The notes beneath the pieces are model-generated. The model was given only the letters and a program-made list of their open reading frames with translations, was not told where the DNA came from and made no database searches. This document shows positions 42,342-52,296 of a stretch of 64,000 bases of DNA, piece after piece. The translations under genes were made by a program, and so were the position numbers. The stretch's first letter is position 1; every line of letters begins with the position of its first letter. Location of the stretch: the sequence record NC_049340.1; one strand, given 5' to 3'.

Positions 42342-45300
42342 ATGAAAGTAACAAAACGAAACGGACTACAAGAGGAATTATCCGTAGATAAATTAAACGC
42401 AGTTGTAATGTCCGCATGTGAGGGTCTTGATGCAAATCCATCAGATGTATTAATGAATGCTAAATTACAATTATTTGATGGTATTAAAACATCTAAAATA
42501 CATGAATTATTAGTTAAATCTGCAATTGATTTAATATCAATTAAACAATCAGATTATCAATTCGTAGCATCTAAATTATTCTCATTCCTAACAAGAAAAC
42601 AGGTGTTTGGTGTTTATTATAAAGATGAATTACCAACAGTAAAGGATTTAGTTGTTACTAACATTGGAAGAGGTTTATACGACCCTAATATATTATCTAA
42701 GTGGACTGATGAAGATTTTGAAGAATTTCAAAAAACAATTAACCATGATAATGATGATAAATTAACAATTTCAGCATACATGAAAATGTATGATACATAT
42801 TTGGCTAAAGATAGAACAACTGGTTATGTTTATGAAACACCACAGTTCGCATTCATGGTACTTTCATTAGCGTTATATGATACTGTATATGATGTTATAG
42901 GACACTACAAACAATTGGTTAATCGTAAAATATCATTACCAACACCAATTATGGCAGGTATGAGAACACCAACACGTCAGTATGCCAGTTGTTTCCCATA
43001 TGACCAAGAGGTGTTTAATGCTGATGGAAGTTATGAACAAATATCTAATATCAAAAAAGGTGATAGAGTATTAACACATCTTGGAAACGAAAAGACAGTT
43101 TTAGCAACACAGGTTAAGCCATATACAGGTGATATTGTTAGTCTAAACACAACACTTAGTTTTAGAAATAGACTTAAACCAACAGCAGAACATTTATTTT
43201 ATACAATAAAGAAAGAAAATAAAAAAATAGGTATTGCTGAATGGGTTAAGGCATCTGAAATATCAATAGGAGATTATATAATAGCACCGTATAATAAACA
43301 CACACACAACACTACAGAATTGAGTTTGTATGATACCTTGGTTGATGAAGAAAATAATAAATATTTTATTCTTAATGAGAATGACGGTAAGGTATATAAA
43401 CCAACATCAGATAAAAGATGTAGGAGTGGTAAATACAATGACAGAGTATATCCAGTAACAAACAACATAAAACTAAACGGTGATATATTTAGATTAATTG
43501 GTTATTATTTAGCTGAGGGTTCTGCCCACGGAACATGTGTTGATTTCACATTTAACGTAAGTGATATGGATTATTTAGAAGATATTAAGAATATAATCCA
43601 TGATAATTTTGGTATCCCATCAAAAATAAGTGTATCAAATTTTGACAATTCAGCAAGGTTAGTTGTACATAGTAGATTATTTAAGTTATTTATGACTAAA
43701 ATGTGCGGAATACACTCAACATCAAAATTCCTAGATAATATTGTATTAAATGCCGATAAAAACTTACAAAAAGAATTATTAAGAGGTGTGTTGCGTGGTG
43801 ATGGTTGTATACATAAGAATGGGGTGGTATTAGCCTTAACAAACAAACCATTAATTATACAGTTGGGAAATATATTTTTAAGGAACGGGATTGGTATTTC
43901 ATACACGACAATTAAACAAAATGGCACATCAAAAGAATCTTATGGTATACATTTAGGTAGAGTTGGTAATATGGATTTTTTGAATATGTAGGTAAGAATT
44001 TTAATAAAGTTAATAAACCAAAACATACGGTATCTACCAATGGTATTTGGGTTGGTTCTGATTATTTCACAAGAGTTAAAGAACTATCAAAAACAAAAGT
44101 TACAGATATTGAAGTTTATGATTTACAGGTTAAAGATGATAAGAGTTTTGTTGTTAATGGTATTGGTGCGCATAACTGTACTCTTATCGAAACTAGAGAC
44201 ACAATCGACTCATTATACTCTAGTGGTCATGCATTAGGTAGGTTTGTTTCACGTAAAGCTGGTATTGGATTAAAGAACAATTTTAGAGCAATCGGTGACC
44301 CAATTAGAGGGGGTGAAGCAACACATACAGGTAATATTGGATTCCTTAAATTTCAACAAAACGCAACCAAGGCAGTATCACAAGGTGGTCTTAGAGAGGG
44401 TTCAAGTACTGTAACATATGACATATTCCATCCTGAGGTTTTAGATATAGCTGTATTAAAGAATAATAAAGGTACTGAGGATACTAGAGTAAAGCAATTA
44501 GATTATTGTTTCAGAATTTCTAAATTATTCATTCAAAGAATGATTAAGAATCAAAAAATATCCTTATTCTCTACACTATATGCACCACAGTTAGAAGAGA
44601 TTTTCGGAACACCTGAATTTGATACTGAATACTTACGTTTAGAGGCTGATAAATCAATTCCTAGAACAGAGATTGATGGTCAAGAACTATTAAGAGTTAT
44701 CCTAACTGAACGTATACAAACTGGTAGAATTTATTTCCAATTTGTTGATAATGTAAATGGTGATTATAACGCATTCTTAGAGAATATCAAGTTTTCTAAC
44801 TTATGTCAAGAAATCACTTTACCAACAGCACCATTTGATGATATTAATAGTGGTGAGGGTGAAATTGCACTTTGTATGTTAGGTGGATATAACTTAGAGC
44901 ATGCAGTAAAGGATTATTCATCAATTGAAAAAACTGCTAAGTATTTAGTTAAAGGTCTTGATAACATCATGGAAATCCAAGACTATCTAGTAAAGAACTC
45001 AGAGAAACAAAAGTTGCGTAGGTCAATTGGTATTGGTGTAACTAACTTTGCATATTGGATGGCTAAGAAAGGTTTTAGATATGATGACCCATCAGCATTA
45101 CCAGCTATTGATGAATTATTTGAAGCTATTCAGTTCTATACACTAAAGGCTAGTATGGAATTAGCTAAAGAGCGTGGAGCATGTGAATGGTTTCATAAAA
45201 CAAAATATTCTCAGGGATGGTTACCAATTGATAAGAAACATGACCTAGTTAGAGAAATTACAGGAAATAGAGAGTTTACATTTGATTGGGAATGGTTACG

Positions 45301-45754
45301 TGGTGAAATCGCTAAGTATGGTTTAAGAAACTCGGTAGTTACTGCACTAATGCCTGTAGAGAGTTCATCATTGGTTACTAACTCAACGAATGGTATTAAC
45401 CCACCATTGAATTTAATATCTTATAAGACTAGTAAAACTATGACAGCTAAATTTGTTGTCCCAGGTGTTAAGTCATTAGCTAATAAATATACATTAGCAT
45501 GGGATATTACAAATAATGATTGTATCAATAAGATGTGTGGTGTAATGCAATATTGGGTTGACCAAGCAATATCAATAAATCATTACTACAACCCATTACT
45601 ATATAAGGGAAATAAAATTCCTATCGAAGTTGTGGTTAAGGATATAATTTCAGCATACAAATACGGAAATAAAAACCTTTACTACGCAAATACCATGGAC
45701 AACATTGCACAAGATGATGTAAGTGGATGTGATGGTGGTGGATGTACACTATAA
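42342..45754 (+). CDS. nrdA: Class Ia ribonucleotide reductase alpha subunit with intein (~741 aa mature); -1 indel at T6 43976-43981
   Basis: ATP cone MKVTKRNG; SLPTPIMAGMRT; SNLCQEI; YYANT; C-terminal GCDGGGC; frames join into ORF 44540. Confidence 0.9.
42990..44176 (+). mobile_element. Intein with LAGLIDADG homing endonuclease in nrdA (~396 aa)
   Basis: YAS|CFPYDQ...AHN|CTLIE; LIGYYLAEGS and LLRGVLRGDG blocks; 1187 nt, one short of 396 codons. Confidence 0.9.
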
Positions 45755-45776
45755 TAATAAAAAATCGGAAACCCTT

Positions 45777-45805
45777 TTTGTGTTTCGATTTTTTGTTTAT
45801 ATTTG
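45777..45805 (+). promoter_or_regulatory. Bacteroidota-type promoter, overlapping a hairpin after nrdA
   Basis: TTTG 45777-45780, 17-nt spacer, TATATTTG 45798-45805; ATG at 45810. Confidence 0.55.
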
Positions 45806-45809
45806 TCGC

Positions 45810-46799
45810 ATGAAAAAATTACTATTAGTTGGATTAACAACAAATCACACATTTAACAAAAATTATCATACTGGTGGATATACTTACTGGTTATATGAAG
45901 TTCTTAGTAGAGAATTTGACGTAACAATAGTTAGAGATAATAATATTGATGATATATTATCATTAGATATTAATGATTATACGTTATTCGTATCTGAGGG
46001 TAGTTATTCATCCGATTCAAAAACACATAACTTTTATGGTGGTATTTCACTCACACAAGCTAAAAAGATAGAACTTATCACAAAATATGATATAGCATAC
46101 CAAGAGGATAGAAGTATCAAAGAATACACACACCATATAGTAAATAAAGCAAATAAAACACACAAACTAAACATACGAGAGAATATACCAACATTTAAGA
46201 AACTTAGTGAATTAATTCCAAAATCAAATAAATTAATACTAGGTGATTCACATGCACTATCTGTATTAGAACCATTTTATGACCTAAAAATGATTTATGG
46301 TAAAACACTATACTCATTCATTAAAGATGGCTTAAAATCACTCGTAGATAGTGAATATGATACACTACAATTCTATGCTGGTAACATAGATATAAGGTAT
46401 CATTTTCATAGACATAACGTAACATCAGAAGAACTAAAAACATACTATATTTCACTTCTAGAGCGAGAAATTAGCGCACTTAATTTAAAACAAGTAGAAA
46501 TAGTCCAACCATTACCAATAGAACCAAATAAATACAACCTCAATAAAAAATATCACTACTATGGACAGCCGTACCATGGAACATATAAGTATCGTTTCAG
46601 TATGTGGAAAGAATATTGCAGTTTATTACATGACATGTGCATAAATAATGGCTGGAAATATGTTGAGTGGTGTCCTAGTATCAAAAATAATAGAAGTGCG
46701 CTAAAAACGGATGTACTAGCATCAAAAAAGGATGTACACATGCGACCTAAGTATTACATGCATATAAATAAACTTAAAGATGACAGAGAATCAATTTAA
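45810..46799 (+). CDS. SGNH/GDSL-fold protein (putative hydrolase or acyltransferase)
   Basis: LILGDSHA (block I), AGNIDIR (block III), DVH (block V). Confidence 0.5.
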   Translation: MKKLLLVGLTTNHTFNKNYHTGGYTYWLYEVLSREFDVTIVRDNNIDDILSLDINDYTLFVSEGSYSSDSKTHNFYGGISLTQAKKIELITKYDIAYQEDRSIKEYTHHIVNKANKTHKLNIRENIPTFKKLSELIPKSNKLILGDSHALSVLEPFYDLKMIYGKTLYSFIKDGLKSLVDSEYDTLQFYAGNIDIRYHFHRHNVTSEELKTYYISLLEREISALNLKQVEIVQPLPIEPNKYNLNKKYHYYGQPYHGTYKYRFSMWKEYCSLLHDMCINNGWKYVEWCPSIKNNRSALKTDVLASKKDVHMRPKYYMHINKLKDDRESI

Positions 46800-46911
46800 C
46801 GAATGGTTACCAAATAATATTGATATTAATGATAAAGTTAATGTGTATGCTGGTATAGAGGTATTGATATATTAATAACAAAAACAGAAGCAAGAAAATA
46901 CACTAAGAATT

Positions 46912-47241
46912 ATGAGCAAATATCTGAATAAGTTAAATGAACTAGACCCAACAAGAATGTATATAATTTCTGTTGATGAATATCTAGAAAACGAAAAGTA
47001 TTATGATAGCTTATTAGAGGCTAGTGGTCGAGATAGATTATTTGTTAAGACAAAGATAAATGCTATTTTCAACGGAAATACCAAAAATAAATGGATATGT
47101 GCTTTATTCAATACATCAGAATACTATACTTGGTGGTTGGTTCAATCTTACAGAAAACCATCCGTTGATGAAGCATTTACGCAAATGCTGGATTATTTCA
47201 AAACATATTATGAACATTTATTAAAATATTTAAATTCATAA
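46912..47241 (+). CDS. Hypothetical protein
   Basis: 109-aa ORF. Confidence 0.55.
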   Translation: MSKYLNKLNELDPTRMYIISVDEYLENEKYYDSLLEASGRDRLFVKTKINAIFNGNTKNKWICALFNTSEYYTWWLVQSYRKPSVDEAFTQMLDYFKTYYEHLLKYLNS

Positions 47242-47242
47242 C

Positions 47243-47686
47243 ATGGAAAACACACAAACAAAATATTTAAACTTTTTAAAGGAACACGTAATTGGTACTG
47301 AGGGTGAACAAAAAGTACATATACCAATGCATGGTAAGATTTACAAAAAGTTAGACCGAATGCCATTCATCACCGTTAAATTTAAACACGTAGCAACATA
47401 CACAAGGTCATTACATTATGATATTATGTTTGGTGATGAGTGTGTGCGAGTTTTAATTTACATGTCACTAGATAGTTCACCATTAAAGAAAGGTAATGAA
47501 TTTACAAACAAGGTTAGAAAAGTTGGTATTAAGTTAGCTAGACATATTTATGGTGATGATACTATTACCGAAATGCAAAGAGTAATTGATAAGGATTTTT
47601 CTGATACAATTACAAAATTAGGCAAACAACATTTAACTGAACTAATAGATAAGGAATTTATTGGTGAAATTGTTAACCCTAAATAA
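47243..47686 (+). CDS. Hypothetical protein
   Basis: 147-aa ORF. Confidence 0.55.
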   Translation: MENTQTKYLNFLKEHVIGTEGEQKVHIPMHGKIYKKLDRMPFITVKFKHVATYTRSLHYDIMFGDECVRVLIYMSLDSSPLKKGNEFTNKVRKVGIKLARHIYGDDTITEMQRVIDKDFSDTITKLGKQHLTELIDKEFIGEIVNPK

Positions 47687-47687
47687 A

Positions 47688-48047
47688 ATGGATACGAAAA
47701 TTTCAAACAACACAGAGGTTTTAGAATTACTAAAACAAAGAGAAGATTTAGAAAACAGAATCAAAGAACTGGATTCTACTGCACTAATCAACTATGAGTT
47801 ACATAAGTTAGGAATGGATAATGAAGAGCCTAATGAACAGGGTTCGGTAAAGTTCACCATACTAACAAATGGTATACTAGCTGATTTATCATCATTTGAT
47901 GCTGGTGGTGAAACATACTTTGAAAATGTACATAAGTTGTTAAAATATTTAGCAGAGGATGTTTTAGACAGAACACAAGACGTAATAAAACACCATAATG
48001 TAGTTGGTGAAAAATATATATTAACATTTAAATTAGAAAAATATTAA
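47688..48047 (+). CDS. Hypothetical protein
   Basis: ORF with ATG at 47688 after an A-rich leader. Confidence 0.55.
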   Translation: MDTKISNNTEVLELLKQREDLENRIKELDSTALINYELHKLGMDNEEPNEQGSVKFTILTNGILADLSSFDAGGETYFENVHKLLKYLAEDVLDRTQDVIKHHNVVGEKYILTFKLEKY

Positions 48048-48442
48048 TGAACACAACATTCACAGCAGAGCAATTAAAGGTACACGGTGAAAAAATAATA
48101 GATTATTTGAATAATGGTACAAATTACCAAGTACTTAATACAAATGGTATTTGGGTTACTATTAAAAAGCCAATGTTTGATAAAAATCAAAAATACCGAA
48201 AACAAGAAGAGCCACTTTTTGTAAATGAATTAGGTGATATATTCACAAAACACGATAATGATACTGACGTATATTGGTTTGATTTCGATGACTTAAAGGT
48301 TTGTGATGAAAAGTTTGATAATCTATGTCCTGATGAAGAAATGAAAGGTGACCATACATTTACAGATATTTGTAGAACACCTAAACAGGCACTAGAATTA
48401 GGATTAAAACATTTTGATAAAAACTACAAAAACGAGGAATAA
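48047..48442 (+). CDS. Hypothetical protein
   Basis: 131-aa ORF, stop/start overlap. Confidence 0.55.
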   Translation: MNTTFTAEQLKVHGEKIIDYLNNGTNYQVLNTNGIWVTIKKPMFDKNQKYRKQEEPLFVNELGDIFTKHDNDTDVYWFDFDDLKVCDEKFDNLCPDEEMKGDHTFTDICRTPKQALELGLKHFDKNYKNEE

Positions 48443-48709
48443 ATGAAAGAAGATGCATTAAAATTAGTTGAAGACCTTAATGATGAGGTTCAAGATAGAA
48501 ATGGTTTAGAATACTATATGCCATTTGAATTTAAATCATATGGTTGGCAGAACTCAGGAATATATTTCATGGGTGTTATTTTATGGACTGATGAGAATGA
48601 TGAGCGTGAATATATTGGTGAAGATACAAAGGAAGATTTAAGAACATTCATTCTTAGAGAAGCTGATAAAATCTTAAAGGATTTGAACCTAAAGATGGGT
48701 GCATTTTAA
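48443..48709 (+). CDS. Hypothetical acidic protein
   Basis: 88-aa ORF. Confidence 0.55.
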   Translation: MKEDALKLVEDLNDEVQDRNGLEYYMPFEFKSYGWQNSGIYFMGVILWTDENDEREYIGEDTKEDLRTFILREADKILKDLNLKMGAF

Positions 48710-48751
48710 ACAACATTGTTAAATACACTAAATAATTATTAAATAAAACTT

Positions 48752-50806
48752 ATGCAGAAAAATAAAGAACATATCAAATCATTAATTTCAGAACTATCAG
48801 TTGATAACAGAGAAAATCCATTATTCTTTGGAAAGCCGTTAGGTATGCAAAGATTTGATACTACGAAATACAAACAGATTGAAAAGTTTTATGATGATTC
48901 ATTCCTATTATTATGGCGTGAGCATGAATTTAACTTAACAAAGGATAAAGAAGATTTCCGAAAATTAACCGAGAACGAGCAAAGAATTTTTACACAAAAC
49001 TTAGGGTATCAAATTCTATTAGATTCTGTACAGTCTAGAGGTATTAACAACCTATTAGAACATTGCACAAATGCAGAATTAGAAGCTGGTTTAGGTATTT
49101 GGGCAATGGTTGAGGGTATTCACTCTAAATCATACACACATATCATTAGAAACGTATATACTGACCCTACAGAAGTATTGGATAAGTTATCAACTGATGA
49201 AAAGATTTTAGCAAGAGCGCACGGTGTTACAAAGTACTATGATGACTTAATTAATTCTCTTAGTGATGAGGATGATTACTCTAGAAAGAAAAAATTATAC
49301 TTAACACTTGTTAGTATTCAAATTTTAGAGGCTGTTAGATTCTATGTAAGTTTTGCATGTTCTTATTATTTTGCTGAACGTGGTGTAATGACAGGTAATG
49401 CTAAGATTATTCAAAAGATTAACATTGATGAGAATTGTTTTTCAGGTGATACCGAAATACTTACATCAACAGGATGGAAAATGTTCAAGGATTTAGATGA
49501 AACTGAATTAGTTGGACAATATGATAAAGGTGTGTTATCATTTGTTAAACCATTAGCATACACAAACAAAGAATATAGTGGTGATATGATTAAAATAAGT
49601 AATCAATCACATGAATGTTTAGTGACACCTGACCATGATATTTTATTATTCCGAGAAGATAAAGGTTGGTTTAAAGAAAAGGCTGGTGATGTTAAGTTCT
49701 CTAGTACTAAGAAAATCCCACACTTTGCGAATGTTACCGATGATGGTGAAAGCAACTTAACAAATCTAGATAGATTGAAAATTGCTTTACAAGCAGATGG
49801 TTATAATTTATATGGTAATGTTAAGTTAGATGGTACAAAGAACAAGCGAGGTAATCTAGGTGGTTATACACATGGTATTTATGTAAAAAAGGAATCTAAG
49901 GTTAAAAGAATTGAAGAATTATTAAACTCAATTCCTGATTTAAAATACACAAAAGTAAATCCATCGAATGGTAAAACTGGTTATATTTACTCATTAAGAA
50001 TTGATAATTATGACTGCAAACAATTGAATTTCTTATATGATTTAGAATTAAATTATAAAACTTGTGTTGATATAATTGATGAGGTTTCGAAATGGGATAG
50101 TCACATAAGAAGTGAAAGTGCTTTTATGTATTGTTCAACTGATAAAAAATGTATTGATATTATACAAGATATAGCTATTAGATGTGGTTATGAATCACAC
50201 ATAACAGTTAGTGAGGATGATAGAAAAGAAACATATAAAACATATTATAGATTATCTTTACATCATAGAACAAAACTTGTGAATACATATTCATTAAAGA
50301 AAGAAACTATACAATATGATGGTAATGTTTACTGTGTTACAGTTCCTAGTGGTAATATAATTACTAGAAGAAATAACAAAACTTTCATTGCAGGTAATTG
50401 TCACGTAGGATTCACAAACTTCTTAATTAAAACACTTAGAAAGAATGAATCCGAGGGATTCCAAGAAGTTATCAAAGATTGTGAACCTTTGGTTGCTCAA
50501 ATGTGGCGTGATGCATCTGAGGAAGAAATTGCATGGGCAGAGTATTTATTTGAGGATGGTGATTTAGTTGGATTAAACGCTGATATTCTTAAACAATATA
50601 TGCACTTCCTTTGTAACCTTAGAATGAGAGCGTGTGGTTATGAAAGAATATTTCCAGTAACAAAAAACCCTATTTTATGGATTCAAAAGTATGTTGATTC
50701 TAGTGCAGTACAAAATGCACCCCAAGAATCTGAAAATACAGCATACTTAACAAACTCAGTAACGTCTGAAAATATGGACTTTAGTGGTGATGAATTTGAA
50801 CTATAA
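48752..50806 (+). CDS. nrdB: Class Ia ribonucleotide reductase beta subunit with intein (~363 aa mature)
   Basis: WREHE, QILLDSVQSR, EGIHSKSYTHI (ExxH plus radical Tyr), LEAVRFYVSF, IDEN|CH, PQESENTAY. Confidence 0.92.
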   Translation: MQKNKEHIKSLISELSVDNRENPLFFGKPLGMQRFDTTKYKQIEKFYDDSFLLLWREHEFNLTKDKEDFRKLTENEQRIFTQNLGYQILLDSVQSRGINNLLEHCTNAELEAGLGIWAMVEGIHSKSYTHIIRNVYTDPTEVLDKLSTDEKILARAHGVTKYYDDLINSLSDEDDYSRKKKLYLTLVSIQILEAVRFYVSFACSYYFAERGVMTGNAKIIQKINIDENCFSGDTEILTSTGWKMFKDLDETELVGQYDKGVLSFVKPLAYTNKEYSGDMIKISNQSHECLVTPDHDILLFREDKGWFKEKAGDVKFSSTKKIPHFANVTDDGESNLTNLDRLKIALQADGYNLYGNVKLDGTKNKRGNLGGYTHGIYVKKESKVKRIEELLNSIPDLKYTKVNPSNGKTGYIYSLRIDNYDCKQLNFLYDLELNYKTCVDIIDEVSKWDSHIRSESAFMYCSTDKKCIDIIQDIAIRCGYESHITVSEDDRKETYKTYYRLSLHHRTKLVNTYSLKKETIQYDGNVYCVTVPSGNIITRRNNKTFIAGNCHVGFTNFLIKTLRKNESEGFQEVIKDCEPLVAQMWRDASEEEIAWAEYLFEDGDLVGLNADILKQYMHFLCNLRMRACGYERIFPVTKNPILWIQKYVDSSAVQNAPQESENTAYLTNSVTSENMDFSGDEFEL
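49436..50398 (+). mobile_element. Intein in nrdB (321 aa) with a degenerate LAGLIDADG-like region
   Basis: DEN|CFSGDTEILT...VYCVTVPSGNIITRR...FIAGN|CHV; LKIALQADG block. Confidence 0.9.
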
Positions 50807-50828
50807 AATAAATACATAAATAATAATT

Positions 50829-50860
50829 AAAAACCTTGAACATTTTGTTCAAGGTTTTTT
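50829..50860 (+). terminator. Intrinsic terminator
   Basis: AAAAACCTTGAAC-atttt-GTTCAAGGTTTTTT. Confidence 0.8.
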
Positions 50861-50888
50861 GTTTTATAAGAATAAAGTGTTATATTTG
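50858..50888 (+). promoter_or_regulatory. Bacteroidota primary-sigma promoter
   Basis: TTTG 50858-50861, N19, TATATTTG 50881-50888. Confidence 0.7.
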
Positions 50889-50909
50889 TAGAGTAATAAT
50901 TTAAGAATT

Positions 50910-51518
50910 ATGAAATATACAAAACAAAGAAGACAAGTTAACAGATTGCTAAAAAATCAAACAAAGTCAACAATATTATGTTTGAAGAAGTATTGTAATA
51001 ACAGCAATAAAAAATTGTTAAAACAAATAAAAAGAGTTATGAAAAAATACATTTCACCGTATTATACCGTAGCTTTATTCTTGATAGTGTTGTATAATTT
51101 ACTTACACTACCTAATAAGTTACATAAGATGATTTACCCTACGTTAAATGTAGAAAAATCTATGGGTAGTGTACAATGTCCAAAGACAACTAATGTTGCG
51201 GATAATTTGGTTAAGAAAACAAATTTCACATACTTTAAGGGTAAAACGATAGAGGCTGGAAATAAATTTGAAGATGTATTTTCGTTTACTCCAAAATATC
51301 CTAGAGAATTTCAAGAAAATGGTTATCTTACACGATGTAAATCGGAACAGGGTGGAGCATACTTTATATGGTCAAATTTCAAACCAATTAAGGGTCATGC
51401 ATTAGATGGTTGGTTTTTAGCGGTAAATGGTGTTTTACAGCTAGAATATGGTAGTGATGAATATGTACCTTTATTAGTGCCAGTAGTAGAAAGAAAATAT
51501 AAAACAAAAATAAACTAA
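50910..51518 (+). CDS. Hypothetical protein with a TM segment
   Basis: 202-aa ORF; hydrophobic YYTVALFLIVLYNLLTL. Confidence 0.5.
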   Translation: MKYTKQRRQVNRLLKNQTKSTILCLKKYCNNSNKKLLKQIKRVMKKYISPYYTVALFLIVLYNLLTLPNKLHKMIYPTLNVEKSMGSVQCPKTTNVADNLVKKTNFTYFKGKTIEAGNKFEDVFSFTPKYPREFQENGYLTRCKSEQGGAYFIWSNFKPIKGHALDGWFLAVNGVLQLEYGSDEYVPLLVPVVERKYKTKIN

Positions 51519-51522
51519 AAAC

Positions 51523-52142
51523 ATGAAACTAATTAAATTACACGTATATAAAAAAGATAGGCAAGCACACCTACTACACTTCACACTAACGAAGTTATTA
51601 ACAGATTAAACACATATGGTAGTAGATTTATTCATGCTCTTGCTGGTGAGCAATGGATTACACTATCAGCAACAACAATTGGTAAAAGACTTTGGGAAAT
51701 ATCATACAAAGACAATTTTAGTAACTCAGAACCAAAGAAGTTTTTATTCCAAATATAGTTTAATACAGACTCACACAACTTCACAAAACGCATTCAAGAA
51801 AAATTAAAATCTTGTATAGAGTTTGAAGAAAAATTCTTAATACCAAGATTAGATATACAGAATGAAACATTCGATGAATATCAAGAATCATGCTTTACTG
51901 ATATTTTGGTTAAGGAATTTGATTTACCAAAAACTTTCAATACATTATCATTAGATAATACGGTTATTGATGTTCCAATTGATTATAATTTTCTGTTTGG
52001 AAAACCATGGAGTTATTTATCTTATAATAAAATTCATTCAGAAATACAAAAACAAAAGGATGAAGAACTTAAAGAAGTTGAGAAAATATTTAGAGAGCGT
52101 ATCAAGGCACACCAAGAACAATTTAATAAAGCAAAAAAGTAA
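51523..52142 (+). pseudogene. Disrupted ORF (frameshift near the start and an in-frame TAG at 51756-51758)
   Basis: The frame of ORF 51906 is open back to ~51561 except for one TAG; ATG 51523 is in another frame. Confidence 0.4.
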
Positions 52143-52296
52143 TAGAGAAATATGAAAACAATTAACAGTATCAAAGTCAAATGTAAATACAGAATATTAT
52201 GAAAAAGTTACTTAATGTAGTACACGTTAGAAGACCTAAGTACAACAACGCAACGAATATTAACAATAATACTAACTTAATATTAACATTATTATA

